Source: Oikopleura dioica (Eukaryota > Animalia > Chordata). Taken from it: DNA of 64,000 nucleotides. Below are positions 12,078-24,452 of the stretch, piece after piece. The DNA is taken from the NCBI GenBank assembly GCA_907165135.1, contig OU015567.1, forward strand, positions 9,796,001 through 9,860,000, written 5' to 3'. Made by a program: the position numbers and the translations under genes. Positions within the stretch are counted from its first letter, which is position 1. The number at the start of each line of letters is the position of its first letter. Under the pieces are notes generated by a model. The model did no database searches. It saw only the letters and a list, made by a program, of their open reading frames with translations, and was not told the origin of the DNA.

Positions 12078-14600
12078 TCCGACCGTGTCTTTAGTGAAAA
12101 ACTAAAGCAGATAAATTAATCCTTGTACCGTTTATCTGGAAAGGGTAAGTGAAAAGTAAAGGAGGGGAACTCCTTCCAGAACTTTTTCTACTTTCAGTTA
12201 ATGCTTGAGCGCCCAAGCACTTCTACCCTCGCTCAATTATAATTATACTTTCTTACTTCTGAGATGAATTTTAGATAGGGAAGATTTGGAAACAGGAACC
12301 ACTTTTTCCTTCAATAAATTCTAGCAAAAAATCTCAGTAGAAAATTTTTTTTTGCGAAAAATAAAATATTATCTGCCGTGGCTCGTGAATCACTTGAGTG
12401 ACGAGGAAAACGATTTGCGTTTTTTCTTTTAAAAATTCCGTATGTGATAATTTATTCTCCCCTGAGAGGTTACCACATGGAAAAAAATTCAAACGTCACT
12501 TGGGCAAATGGAAATGTTTGCCCCTTAACCAACTTTAGTTCATCACTTCTTGCTTGCCAAAAAATTCGTAAGAAAATGCATTTACTGATTCCGAAAGCTT
12601 TTCAAATTCATCATCTTGAGCAAATAACTACTTCAAAACGGAGTTCAACATAAATTTGATACTCAAGCTACTTTTCTCAAATTTCTTCATCGCCGAGGGA
12701 ACTTCTATGGAAAGTTGCCAGAAAAGATCAATGTCTACAGATAGTAGGAACCGATTTTAGTTGGGCACTTGTTGAGATGATATATATCAAATGATAATTA
12801 AGACCGCTTTTTGTAAATAAAAGTGGCATATATACTCTCAGTACCTCGCGCTATAAAATCGTTAATAATTGCGTTTTCTCCTCGTTAAATTTAAAAATCA
12901 GAACTAGGAATAGCTAAAGCCGCGATGTTAAAATTCGAGTCCGTCTTGGGATAATAAAACCGGATGTGTTGAAGAGCGCAAGTCACAAATTTGATAGATG
13001 TGCATTTTCTCATGTTAATTATTCAAAATTGAGAGATAAAATTTAGCTAAAGTCTGGTTGACGAACAGCTTTATTAATAAATTATTAATGCAACGCGCTG
13101 GGAAGGATTTTTATGCTGAGTTTTAGAAGACGCTTTATGAAATTCTACCACGGTAATTGCCTCATTTATCAATTTTATGATGATCAGAATCGGAATCGTT
13201 AGTTTTATCGAGTAACTACGGAGCTCTTGAGCGAATATGTCGAACACTCATTTCTGGCGCCGCCTTTTGTGTAAAAAGTTTGCTCAGAGTAAATATAGCC
13301 TCTTATGGAAGCACTCGAGTACAGACTGCTGAAAGTCAAACAAAACTGAAAATCATGGGGGTATTGACGCAAATTTCAAATGAAAAACGCTACCCTCATA
13401 AAAGCCCATTACACCGCATTTTCGTCATGTATATCATGTATCAGTATCTGTCTGTATCATACAGTTGATATGTCATTGCTCAAATACAAGGTGATACTGT
13501 TAGACTATTCAATTACAGTCTTGTTAGATAGCGATTCGTAAAACGAATCATCAAAAATCGACTCGAATTTCGTGCGTTTAGGACCCATTTTTGCCTGAGC
13601 AAACCTTTTTTCATAATCGTAAATTCTGCTTCTATTCACAAATCTCTCTACAAACGCGTTACGAGGCAAGTAAGTACCATAAACCATTTCCATCAGCGAT
13701 AGGCGACCTTACCCAACCGACAACGCATAGAGGCAATAAAACTTGAGCATACTAAAACTTCAACGTTGATTAGCGGATACTTCTACCTCCTTTATGATTC
13801 TACTCTCCATGAATCACTAATCAACAACACCTGTTACAGTTATATGTGACTACGTTAATTCAAAATTTTATTTGAAAGAAGTCAACGGGGCATAAATTAA
13901 CGATGAGCTCAGAGGAGCAAGTTTGTTCTAATCTCCAATTGACGTCATTCACTATTTTCAACGAAGAAAAAAGTTATCGTCTAGCATTTTTCCTCATCGT
14001 TTCCCTGTAATAAAGATTATGTGAACCGGTGAATATTCGAAAAATGCTCAAAAACAGACTTTCCTGATCGGAAAATATTAAGTTACAGACCGTTTTCAAT
14101 CATTGTATCATTCAAAGAAACTAATGCTCAGAAATCACACCAAAAACACTGCTCCCCGAAGCTTACATTCTGCATAAAGCCAAGTCTATCCTTAGAAATA
14201 ACGCCTCGTTTCATTTATTATTTACGATTCATAAATAAATCTTCATAAAATCCCTCGACTGCGTCTAGCCATAAATAAATGCCGACTTTTTTCACACAAA
14301 TTCATTGAATGCAGGCAATCCAGTAATTATGACTGTTACATAATCATTACCTCATTTCGAAGAAAGCCAAGAGGCGATGGTTTTCTTTTCTTACTTCTTT
14401 TTTCTTTATCTCTTTATTTTATTTCTAGAATCGGCTATTCTAGAAATTCCAAAAATATAATTTTTTACGGAGATCAATAAGTCTTGGAAGATGAGTTGGG
14501 TGGGTGTGATGTGTGAGTCGTTAGGAAGAAGGGGGTCGGTTCGCTTGTTGTATCATTTATTGAATGACATCAGAAGAAGACGCGGAGCCAGGAGCGCTCG

Positions 14601-14656
14601 TTTCGGCGCCGCTCATTGGCCAAAAATCCAATTTTCGCGGCGTTGATTGGCGAAAA
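14601..14656. promoter_or_regulatory. CCAAT boxes interleaved with E2F-like sites
   Basis: TTTCGGCGC 14601-14609, ATTGG 14615-14619, CCAAT 14628-14632, TTTTCGCGGC from 14632, ATTGG 14646-14650, GGCGAAAA 14649-14656, in a GC-rich island about 260 nt upstream of the next gene. Confidence 0.5.
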
Positions 14657-14918
14657 CGCGCGAGACCGCGCTCCGCGTCAGAGACCGAAAATCAAACGTC
14701 ACAAAGAACAGCGCCTTCTTTCGATAAGGAGCTTCTTTGATCATCTGGTACTGGTCAGGGGACTGTTGATTCTTATCTATCAAGGGGAGATGAGTTGGTT
14801 GAAAAGGGCGACGACGGTTGAGGAAGAAATTGATCAGGCTCGGTTGTAAAGAACAACTTTTGACGGTGGACTTGACCATTCTATATCGAACCTTCGGGCA
14901 GATTCTTTTTCACTAAAA

Positions 14919-17900
14919 ATGACCCGATCAGTAATCGGCGATCACAACCCTTTGAAAAGTTGGAAGCATCGAAAGCCTGGCCCAACTCAATAACTTTCCC
15001 AAGCCAGCCTCTTTCGTCGATCGCCTGGTCATGCGAAAATTTCATAGCCGTCGCTGCGGAAAACGGTTTAGAAGTGATCCACCTCGACAGTCATGTGATC
15101 AAGAAAAAGGCATCAGTTCACAAGGCGGAAGTGCCTCCTCGTCCGGAGGTGATCCCATTCGAGTTAGAAAATTTCAGCGAATTGCTTCACAAATTTCATC
15201 GCAAAGCTCTCTACAAGGCGGCCCATTTTCCCAACGAGTTTTCATGGCACTCAAAGGAAAGAATCAATTTTATATCCGTCAAAAATACTTCATTCAAGTG
15301 TTCTCCTTGTTGATTTCAATCTTAAGGCAATCTACGATCCGTCATTCTTCTTTCATCAAATCAAGCTTGAGCGGTTGAAGACAATGGCGAAAACAAAGGA
15401 GCTCCAGGCAAATCCGACATTGCAGATCGACTCGATTAACTTTCCTCAAACAGTAAAATTCTGGCCGGATCATCCATCTTCTTCCCCACCGATTGGAGGC
15501 TCTATCATGTTTGTCCAGACAAAAGATCATCGTCTCCTCTGCTATAGATTTTGTGAAGCAAATCCTCCATATTGGGATGTCATGGCGGAATTGACAGAAG
15601 TTGTTCGCAAGAAGAAAATTGCCGAGTACGAAATGTACAATCCAAACATTCATACCCAAGCTGACAGCTACGATTTCAAGGATCCCGACATCGACAATGC
15701 TGGGATGCAATTTTATGCCTTGATCAGCTCCCTCAACTTGATTGACTTCTGGTGAGACACGGAATTAGAACTTTAAACATATTTTTATTTAGCTTTTTAA
15801 ATGCTTGTAACGATGGTGAATTGAGTGTAATTATGCTCTTTCAAGATGGCTCGGTCTTTGAAGTAGGGGTTAATATAACTACATATCATGTTACTGTGAA
15901 GAATTGCCTGCTTTTGATCACTGGGAAAGATGGAGTTATTCCAAAGGACAGGGTTTTTGTTCAATCATTCTGAACGTTTTGATCATTTGAAACTTATATT
16001 AGCAAATTATAAAAACCCGATCGCAAGGGAATTGCTCGAGTAAAAGCCATGAGCTCGATTCCACTTTATTTGGTCTGGTCATCTGATGGCGAGGTCTATC
16101 TCCTGGAATCTTCTGGAAACGGACTGAAACTGTGCTCGAGTGCGAAATTCTCCGATTATGAGACACACTGTGTATCGTCAGTGCTTGATAGGAATGAAAA
16201 ACTAAGGATTTTCGCTGGACGAATAAACTTGATTGAAAGCTTCATGGTCGACATAAATGGGGACGATATTCTCATCAATAAGAACTCTTATTCTAAAATT
16301 AGTTCAACGAATACATTGGGATTCATGAGAATAGATGCAAAGCTAATTAGCGGGACAGGTAAATCTTAGATCCTTTGTCCTGTGGAAAAGCTATCCAATA
16401 TTAGCGAGAGAAATCCTACCCCGTTCAAGGCCGGTTAGCTCAGTTGGTTAGAGCGTCGTGCTAATAACGCGAATGTCGCGGGTTCGATCCCCGTACTGGC
16501 CATTCTTTTTGAATCTATTGGTTGATCGTAAAGGAAACTTTTTAGTGAGATGCACTGCGGTCTCCCAGGACGGACTTATTACTACAGTGGAACTGACTGG
16601 TCAAGGTTATCTTCAAAATTTTGGCGCGCTAAAGCAAGTTGAAAAGCCGGTGGACTCGAGGATTGTTTCCACTGCCTTTTCGCCGCATTCCACCACACTT
16701 TGCGTTGGATTCAAAAAGTCTACGATCGTCCATAAGGTTTGTGACAAAGGGGTCGCCGTCATCAACTGGTTTCCAATCATGGACGACTCAGAGTTTGAAC
16801 CAGAGCTGGCGAAGGTCATCACCAGCGTTTCTTTCAAAGAAGAAATGCTTCCTTCAATCGTTGACTTTGTTCTTCCAATGAAGAGGATCAATTCGACATT
16901 TTACGAAATCCAAAGATGCCTTCAAAATTCCAACATGGATACCTTGTGCTACTTCTTGAATAAAACCTTATTATCGGTGAGTTTTTCTCAATATTTCTCC
17001 ATTAAGGATATAGCCGTTCTCAAGGCACTTTCGTAGCGCCGAAATGGAGCGATAAATTTTTTTCATTTCAAGACAGGTCCTACCTAAAATTATGTCTAGA
17101 ATTCGATTCTGATGTTTTTAAAAATTTTTTTCAAAGAAAATTTCTCTCTGGAGCGATTTGAAATCTTACGATCATTTTTTCTCGAAATTTTTCAATTAAA
17201 TCGCTAAAACTAAACCGTGTTTTATTATAAATAACTGCTAATCTATCTTCCTAGGGCCTCAAAATTTCAAAACCCGAGCAAATTTTCATTCTAGCGTCTT
17301 CTTCTTTTTGGCTTTTCTTTTTCATAAATGCTGCGTTCAGGGCGATTGACCAATCAGCGCGCTCTTTCACATGCCCGCCTCACCGCGCGATGGAGGAGGG
17401 CGCCCAGCGCAGCAAACCAGAGCGCTGTCTGACGCTTCGGCTTACTCAAGTAAGCCTCATAAAAATGGCTCTAGAACCATAAATAATTTGAATCTATTAA
17501 AATTTAAGCCCTAGGAATGTAGAGAAAGGTCCAAATTTTTAATTTATCAAAAAAACTCGACCGATTTAATGGAAAATTCTCGAGAAAAAGTGATCGTAAG
17601 ATTTAAAATTGCTCTAGAGAGAAATTTTTCCATTAAAAAATTAAAAAGAACACTAGAATCGGGTTTCTTAGGCAATTTTAGGTAGGGTTCCTTTTGAAAT
17701 GAAAAAATTTTATCGTCCCCTTTTGGCGCTACGAAAGTGCCTTGAGAACGGCTATATCCTTAAAACGATGCCAAGAATGAAACCGGAGAAATGGAGTTTG
17801 GAAATGGGTCCATTCTAAGCGCCAATTGCTCTTTTTGCGATCTCGAGTACGAAATAGTAACTTTGCCTGATCAACAAAGAGAGGAAGAAAGGATACCTTG

Positions 17901-17973
17901 TCTCCGATGTAAAATGCCCAAACCGTTTGTGAGGAGCTTCAACGAAACTCCGACACTTGCAGTTATGAGCTAA
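14919..17973 (+). CDS. GTF3C4: Probable TFIIIC 90-kDa (delta/tau60-like) subunit: beta-propeller N-terminus, C-terminal Cys cluster
   Basis: PLSSIAWSCENFIAV resembles GTF3C4 PLAWSEDHRVSV; FWP...IMFVQTKDHRL...WDVMAELTEVV resembles WSP...LLAALTMDNRL...WVQLVDLTEIY; terminal CSFC...CLRC. Start uncertain: ATG 14919 needs a 29-nt intron. Similarity judged from memory. Confidence 0.5.
16429..16502 (+). tRNA. tRNA-Ile(AAT), inside intron 16359-16545
   Basis: GGCCGGTTAGCTCAGTTGGTTAGAGC...CTAATAA...GGTTCGATCCCCGTACTGGCCA; intact A and B boxes; T5 terminator at 16506-16510. Confidence 0.97.
17006..17759. mobile_element. 754-bp non-autonomous DNA transposon (MITE) flanked by TTAA
   Basis: Perfect 35-bp TIRs at 17006-17040 and 17725-17759; TTAA at 17002-17005 and 17760-17763; imperfect inverted similarity continues inward about 250 bp; no ORF. 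Confidence 0.9.
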
Positions 17974-18167
17974 CGATGAGTAGATCTGAATGTTACTGTA
18001 GATTTTAACCTGCCAAAATAAAAGAAAGAAAAAGCCGAAGAGAACATATGAAAATTTATTTCAAAAGCTCTTCTTTATAATGACTATTTAACATGAGTTA
18101 ACTAGACGTTTATTTCAATTAATACCGTATGAGAAAATAAAATAATCTCAAGAATCAAGTAAGAACT

Positions 18168-19935
18168 TTATCGGCGACGCTGGGGCATCAAAGGCATCCT
18201 ATCGGATGCCTTCTCGGCTGCTTTTTCGCCATAATCACGGCTGCCTGCAGTACTGAGAGGTGGCGAACGCCAGCCACTCTCAACACCTCTGGCATCATAA
18301 GAAGACGACCGCGGAGGGCTTCTAGATGGGGGCAAGCCCCATCTATCCGCGCCGGGCGATTTCGGTCGAGAATCGTAATCGTAAACTTGTGCCCTAGAAT
18401 ATACTTGAGAAAAAGTAAATCTGGCTGCTGTTCATCAGAATCTGATGTCACGGGAAACTACTTCACATCGTAACGTGTTGAGAATGAGATTTGATAAGCG
18501 CGTATCGCTCAGTACATACATGGGAGGCCAGATACGCGCTCTAACTTAGAGTCTAAGTGGCGCCGGTGACGCGCGGAAGAAACCGCTCCTGGTCAGCCCT
18601 GACTAGTAATCTTATCAAATTTGTGAAGATTCTCAATCAATTCTGACGTATCTATGTCCTTCTTGGGGATCAAAGTCAAAAGCTTGAAATAGAGCTTACA
18701 AAAAGGGTGATAAAATTTAACCAAACTTATAAACTCTATCTCAACCTGTCGTATAACTTCAAATTTCACTCCATATACCCATCCACAAAAATAAGACACA
18801 TAAAGGCCACTGTACTAAATGATCTCGAGGGATACTTACTTTGGTCAGACAATGTACCAGGCCAGAGTTCCGAATTCACCCAAAATTTTTGAAAATCGGC
18901 TTTCGCCTAAGTTCACCCAGAGGAGAGACCTGGGCGAAAATTTTTCACCTCACCCTTGGAGGAAGGCGAAAGGGTGAATTTGGAACTCCGCACCGGGCAC
19001 AGAGCCCGATTAATATCTATTTAACATATGATTGCACTTGAAATACCACTTTCGGGCAACCTCATTAGATGTTTCAAGAGACGCAAGTGGTATTTCTACG
19101 CTCAGGTCAAGTCATGTTCATTTATCAACATAATTGTCACTTGACAGCCCGTTTTTCGAGCATCAAAAACCTTAATTTTTTTAATTACCGTTGATTAAAT
19201 GCGTATTCATCGTCTGATTTCTTTCTTGAGTATCTATAAGGGTCTTCACTAGGTGGGTTCCAATCGTCATCATTTCTTGGAGGTGGATTCCATGATTCCT
19301 GAGTTGTGGGTTCGTACGGATCGTATCGGGAGCTTCGTTCGGACGAATAGTCATAAACGCGTGACGAGGAAGCGCCTGATGATCCGTAAGGCTCCATCGA
19401 AGGGTCTTCATCTCGATAACGGTTTCGAGAGTCCCACTCGTCCTCCCTTGAATCGAACATATCGTAACCAGGTTTTTGGTCGTAGGAATAGCGAGAAGGC
19501 GGTTTCGGTAAGTCGTCAACAATTTCCAAATCATCAGTCGGCATTCCAGTAAAAGACGGCACTTCTGGAGGTGGTGGAGAAGGAGCTGGAGTGTATCGCT
19601 TTGGCTCCGGAGTTGGACTGACTGGACGCTGGAAAATATCGCTATCGAAGAAATCGGGCTTCTTGGGGGCGTTGCGAAACTCGATCTCCGTCGCCAAGAT
19701 GTTCATTTGAGCGCGCATTTTCGATTCTACTTGGTTGAACTTTTGAGCCATTCCACGCCACTCTTTCTTCGTTTCTTCGATCTTCTGGATTTGAGCTTGA
19801 GAAACGAAGGACTTTCCACGCATTTGGGTCTCCCACTGTCGACATTGATTTTGCCACGCTGTGAATTGTTCTTTATTTCTAAAGCAAAAATTTATTGTCA
19901 AATAAATATATTATCTTTCGGTATTTGACATCCAT
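18168..19935 (-). CDS. Uncharacterized protein: helical N-terminus, Pro/Tyr/Asp/Arg-rich C-terminus
   Basis: Exons 19935-19916, 19878-19189, 18393-18168. The last join (GT-AG, phase 2) reads AFNQR-AQVYDYDSRPKSPG and matches the composition of the previous exon. First intron is a proposed GA-AG. Confidence 0.6.
18865..18988. repeat. Mini inverted-repeat element (17-bp arms, 1 mismatch)
   Basis: GAGTTCCGAATTCACCC 18865-18881 and GGGTGAATTTGGAACTC 18972-18988. Confidence 0.7.
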
Positions 19936-20153
19936 GAATATGATTTGGTCTTCGTTTATTTCAGTAAAGCTTTCGGATGCTTAGATCTATCCTCAGTATA
20001 TACCGGCCCGTTATGACCGGGCTTAACTTCAGTGAGCACCTGTCAAAATTACTGAAAACGGGTGAAGACAAATGAACAAGCATAAGAAAAGCTTAATAAC
20101 TGTAATAAAAGAATGCCAAATAATAAAAACATTAAATTTGATTTGTGAAACCA

Positions 20154-21837
20154 TTAGTACTTTTCGATATCTTCCTCCAATTCTTCATGCTTGCATGAAA
20201 GCTCCTCTTCTGTGTAGCAAGACAAGTCTTTCCAGTTGAAATTCTTGATTCTAGCTTTCACGGTATCGGAGTAGCCAGTCTTTTCTTTGGTCTTTTTGAT
20301 AACATTGATCAGGCTCTTTGTCTGTTCTAACATTCTGCGATCTGCTTCTTCTTTCGCTTCCTGAAGTTGATCTGCGTACTTCATTTCCATCTCTGATCGC
20401 TATAATTTATATTTGATCCCAAGAACGCTTTAAATATCAATACCTTTGCGTACCAGGCAGATCGTTGCGCATCGCCTGTCATTTCAAGAAACCATGGTTG
20501 GTCAAAGAGCGCTGTCATTTCAATTTTCATCGGCAGAATCATCGTTTTAACTTCTTCTTTGCACCAGTTCGGTGGCGGGTAAAGAATCGGCTTTGACTGA
20601 GACTGCCAGGAAGTGACGCCTGGGGCTCCTGCCCATTGATACTCAGGCATTTGATAGACTTTGGACTTAGGCAAGGGAGCGTTGCTATTTCCACTCGGTA
20701 ATTCGAAGACTTTGGATGGTGGGGGTTCTGGCGCCCAGCCAGACACTTGCGATGGAGGTCTGTATCCACCGTTTCCGCTTGGTAGTCCTCTTGTCACACC
20801 AGTAACTGTCCCTCCGTACGTAACATTACCTCTGCTTGCGTGGTAGGAAGAAGGTGTGGTGAGAGCAGACTGATTGCCGCGACCCCAGCTATCAGTGCGA
20901 TCAGCTGGCCACCCTTTACCTAAACGAACACTCTATGTGTATCACCAGTATATTTGTTGATAGTGCTTATATTTATCGATTACCACTACTTATCACTACG
21001 AAATCGTTTACCTCTGTCTCGTCGTTTGTCTTCTTGTTCCCTGCGTTTTGTTTCTTCGCGATGACGTTTTCTTTCTTCTTCCGATCTTCCTTTTCCACCT
21101 CTGTTTCCCCGCTTCCGAGCTTCTTTCTTTGGCTGCTCAGACTCTTTCTGCTCAGCTTCCATCACAATATCGTAGGAATCGCGAAACTCGTAATAGGACT
21201 CTTCTTCGAGTGGCTCCATTTTACCGAGCTACAATCGGATAAATCATTTTATCTAGAACCGAATTCATTAAATTTCATGTCTCGTAGACTGAAGTTAATA
21301 TCCGTTTCTTGACAATATGATCCAAGCAATCTTTGCCGGCAAAGTTCTCCGCTGCCCATCGAAGGGAATGCACATAAGATTTATCGTAATTGTCCAATGT
21401 TGGCAGTGTCAGTCGACAACGGTATTGTCTATTTTGAGGGCTTGGGTCAATTAGGGTCGTTTGAAATTTCGCTGGTTTGGGATGTGTTTCTATTCTTCGA
21501 CTTTGCCACATTGAGAGAACGCATTTGAAATTGCGGTTGCCTAAATAATTTTTACAAAAAAGTTGGTCGAAGTAAGATTCTAACAGTCTTTACCACCGGT
21601 GATGTTGAATCTCCGATTCTTGTCCTGTGGCCCTCTCTGTCGGGATTCTAGGCTCTTCGACGTTATTTTTGACGTTTTACTTGAATCAAAGGATACTGGC
21701 AATCCAAGCGAAGCTGGATCTGGTTCATCATCTGGAATCAGAATTGGATCGTCGTTCTCCTCGAAGCCGGTCAGAATCTGGTCGGCTCTTGGGTCCGATT
21801 TCTTGGTCGATTCTTGGAATTTGATTTCAAGCGACAT
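20154..21837 (-). CDS. Uncharacterized protein with a dsRBD-like segment, Lys/Arg-rich and Pro-rich regions
   Basis: Five exons join with GT-AG introns. NFKCVLSMWQ...P..F...QYRCRLTL...AAENFAGKDCL follows the dsRBD alpha-beta-beta-beta-alpha pattern (inference). Stop at 20154. Confidence 0.55.
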
Positions 21838-22220
21838 CCGAAAACCAAGAATCTTAACGAGTAATCAGAAGTCAATGATTCGTTAAGTTGAGTTTTAAAG
21901 ATTGAGTATGAACAAATTTCACAGGTCCAATGCAGTTATCCACTGTGGAAACTCGGATTAACAGTGCTGCACCAAAGTTCAGTGCCCACCCATCGTTGTG
22001 ACAAGACCTTATATATCACAATGAAGCACCGGGACGTTCAAGAACTTCACTTATTGCGGTTCACAAAATGCACCGAATCGGCGAGGTCGTATATTTCAGG
22101 AAACAAAAAGTTGCGTCACCAGAGATGATGGCGATAAAGATGACCTCCAGTATAAAGCCTGCGCTCCAGTGCCTCTCAAACCAGAACTTAAACCAATTTG
22201 CCCACTAAAACAGAAAAATA

Positions 22221-22403
22221 ATGTCTGACCACGATCCCGAATATCCTTCAGAATCCCAAGATCAAACGGATGACAGCAACGAGACCATTTCCCATCGGCC
22301 TTTGACAACCGAGGAAGTTGCTGAAGAGTTAGAACAGGGAAATGCAGAGTATATCATGCACAGAGACATGATGTTCGACGACGAAAAAGCTCCGATCTCC
22401 TGA
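22221..22403 (+). CDS. Candidate 60-aa acidic small protein
   Basis: ATG preceded by AACAG|AAAAATA acceptor, as in neighbouring genes; diverges from the gene starting at 21837. No recognised homology. Confidence 0.4.
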   Translation: MSDHDPEYPSESQDQTDDSNETISHRPLTTEEVAEELEQGNAEYIMHRDMMFDDEKAPIS

Positions 22404-22862
22404 GAGAAATTCCCCGAATACGATCTTCCTCGAAATTTTCGAAACAACCTTTCTCTTGCTCACTTCCTGCACCGCAATCATTACTTTTCTGTAACATTCA
22501 TGGCTCCACCTAGTTCTTCCTCTCACTTCCACTTACAAATTTTTCCTGGTGAAAAATCGCACATCAAACATCCTACAAGTTAAACGCTATAACATAAATT
22601 TCCTGGTGAAAAAAAAACAAGACCGATAAACAATTTTTAGCTGTGTTCTTCGATAAATACAGTAATTGGCAGAGCTAGCATATTCTAGCTAGATTGTCCA
22701 GTTTGTCGAAGGTTTTTGTTTGTTTTTTATTTTCATATTTTTTCATGTCGGCGTCTCAGTTGTTTTTCTGCAAGGATTGACGGAGATGCTCCCTGAAAAA
22801 TTACACTTAATACAACAAGTGTACAACAAGATAGTATCTGCCATAAAATTTATCTCTTTGCA

Positions 22863-23695
22863 TCAAGAATTTCGATCAAAGGCGGCTAATGAAGCATTTA
22901 CAAAGAAAATAGCCATTTTCCGCCTTTGGCATTAATAAATGATGACAAATCTAAACAGTTCGAATCTTACTTGTGGAGCGCAGATCCGTAGTAAGATTCA
23001 GCTCCCTCGAATTCATCTTCTTCATGTCGTCGAATTCCTCGGCTTGGTGTTCCGATCAAAACTGGAGCTGACGAGGCAAAGTTGTCGTTTTTGTCGTATG
23101 GGTTGCTGGTGTTGGCTTTTCCAGCCTTGAATTGTTCATTGAAATGCAAGATAGAGAATGGATGCTCTTACCAATTGTCTGGGCTTGGATACTTCTTCAT
23201 CGAACTCGTCTTCGTTCTCGTCAATGTCGAGCCCGTCTATGTCGAGAGCATCGACGGGATCATCATCGGACAAAGGCTCATCTTAATTGGGTCATCTGAC
23301 ATCGACAAAACAAATTAAAATAGAAACATCGACGAAAATGCTCTGATAATAATACTAACATCATTCAAACCCTAACAAAGTCAATGTCCGCTTCCTTCGA
23401 TTTCGTCGAAATCAAATGATTCTCGGGAATGTTTTCAGTGCCCCAAGTTGGCACTGACTGCGCACCGATTTCTAGCCCGTGCATGTTGCCACTAAAATTG
23501 TTCTGAATAGACAATATGTATCTTGACTACTTACCGGCGCATTTGCTGTCCTTTGACCATTGCTTCCAGAGAAGGAGTGCTGTAGGAGAACTGCTTGATT
23601 CCGTTCATCGTGGCCTGCATGTCGACCGACATTCCGGTATCAAGTTCAAATCGTGCTACGGCACGTTTGAGCATGCTCCACGACTCTCTCGACAT
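22863..23695 (-). CDS. Uncharacterized multi-exon gene with an acidic tract
   Basis: TTTAAAG|A-ATG at 23695; exons read MSRESWSMLKRAVARFELDTG..., ...DEPLSDDDPVDALDIDGL..., ...AGKANTSNPYDK...; 3' end uncertain. Confidence 0.45.
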
Positions 23696-24452
23696 TCTTT
23701 AAGATAAATCATTGTTGTCATTTTTTATTGCCGGTAGTAAAGTTACCAGAAAGTTGAAGCTGTAACAAAGGTAACAAAAAGATGTACTTAATTTTTACTG
23801 TCTTATGTCTGGTCTTTCTCGTTGCGATTTCTCCGGTAATCTTTTGAGAAACGCTGTGCTCGCATAAAACTGACAAATGGAGGAATGGTGATTTATAGCA
23901 AAAATGCTACAGCATGTTTTTGAAAATAAAAATATTTTCCAATTGGATTTTTATAAGTGCCGCGGTCCACTGGACAGAAAATGTGGTTCGATCTTTATTT
24001 TGCATATTATTTCTCTATATTTACCCCCATCCCTCAAATATGAAAAATTTTCATTGGCCAAAGGGGAAAAGAAAAATACATCTATATTTATAAATTACTG
24101 TTGTGGTGAAATATGTCGACACTTATCAATCGCTGGCGAGCGAAATTAGCCGCCGCTACGAAATCAATACGCCGGTAGGCAACACTGAGTCCACCAATTT
24201 CCAGCATAAATCGTGGAAATGCCGCCTCAGCGCAATTTATAAATATCTCCCTGAAATCCTTTTGTGAAGAAAGAAATCGCTAAAGCAGCGCTTTTTTAAC
24301 CCTTTTGTTCATTTAATTTTTCCTCTGGCAGTATCTCCAAGGAAGATTCAGTCTTTCAAAGTTGTTGGAGGAAAAATTTGAGTTGTTTTTTGGGATTTCT
24401 TTTTGAAGATTTTTTTTCTGTTCTTTCAGTTGTCGAAGTCGGAGTTGGAGCA

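Noticed and set aside
14425-14447. TTCTAGAA...TTCTAGAA resembling a heat-shock element
   Set aside because: The two units are out of phase for an alternating nGAAn array.
12100-14500. 2.4-kb AT-rich stretch with short ORFs
   Set aside because: No splice-consistent frames, repeats or RNA motifs that I could support; treated as intergenic.
15257-15326. Possible additional GA-AG intron in the GTF3C4-like gene
   Set aside because: An in-phase GT donor at 15278 gives a normal 49-nt intron; homology too weak to choose.
18188-18451. ORF with YILGHKFTIT, resembling a retroelement RNase H motif, near a TGGCGCC primer-binding-like site
   Set aside because: Another frame splices cleanly onto the upstream gene and matches its composition; no RT, integrase or LTR pair nearby.
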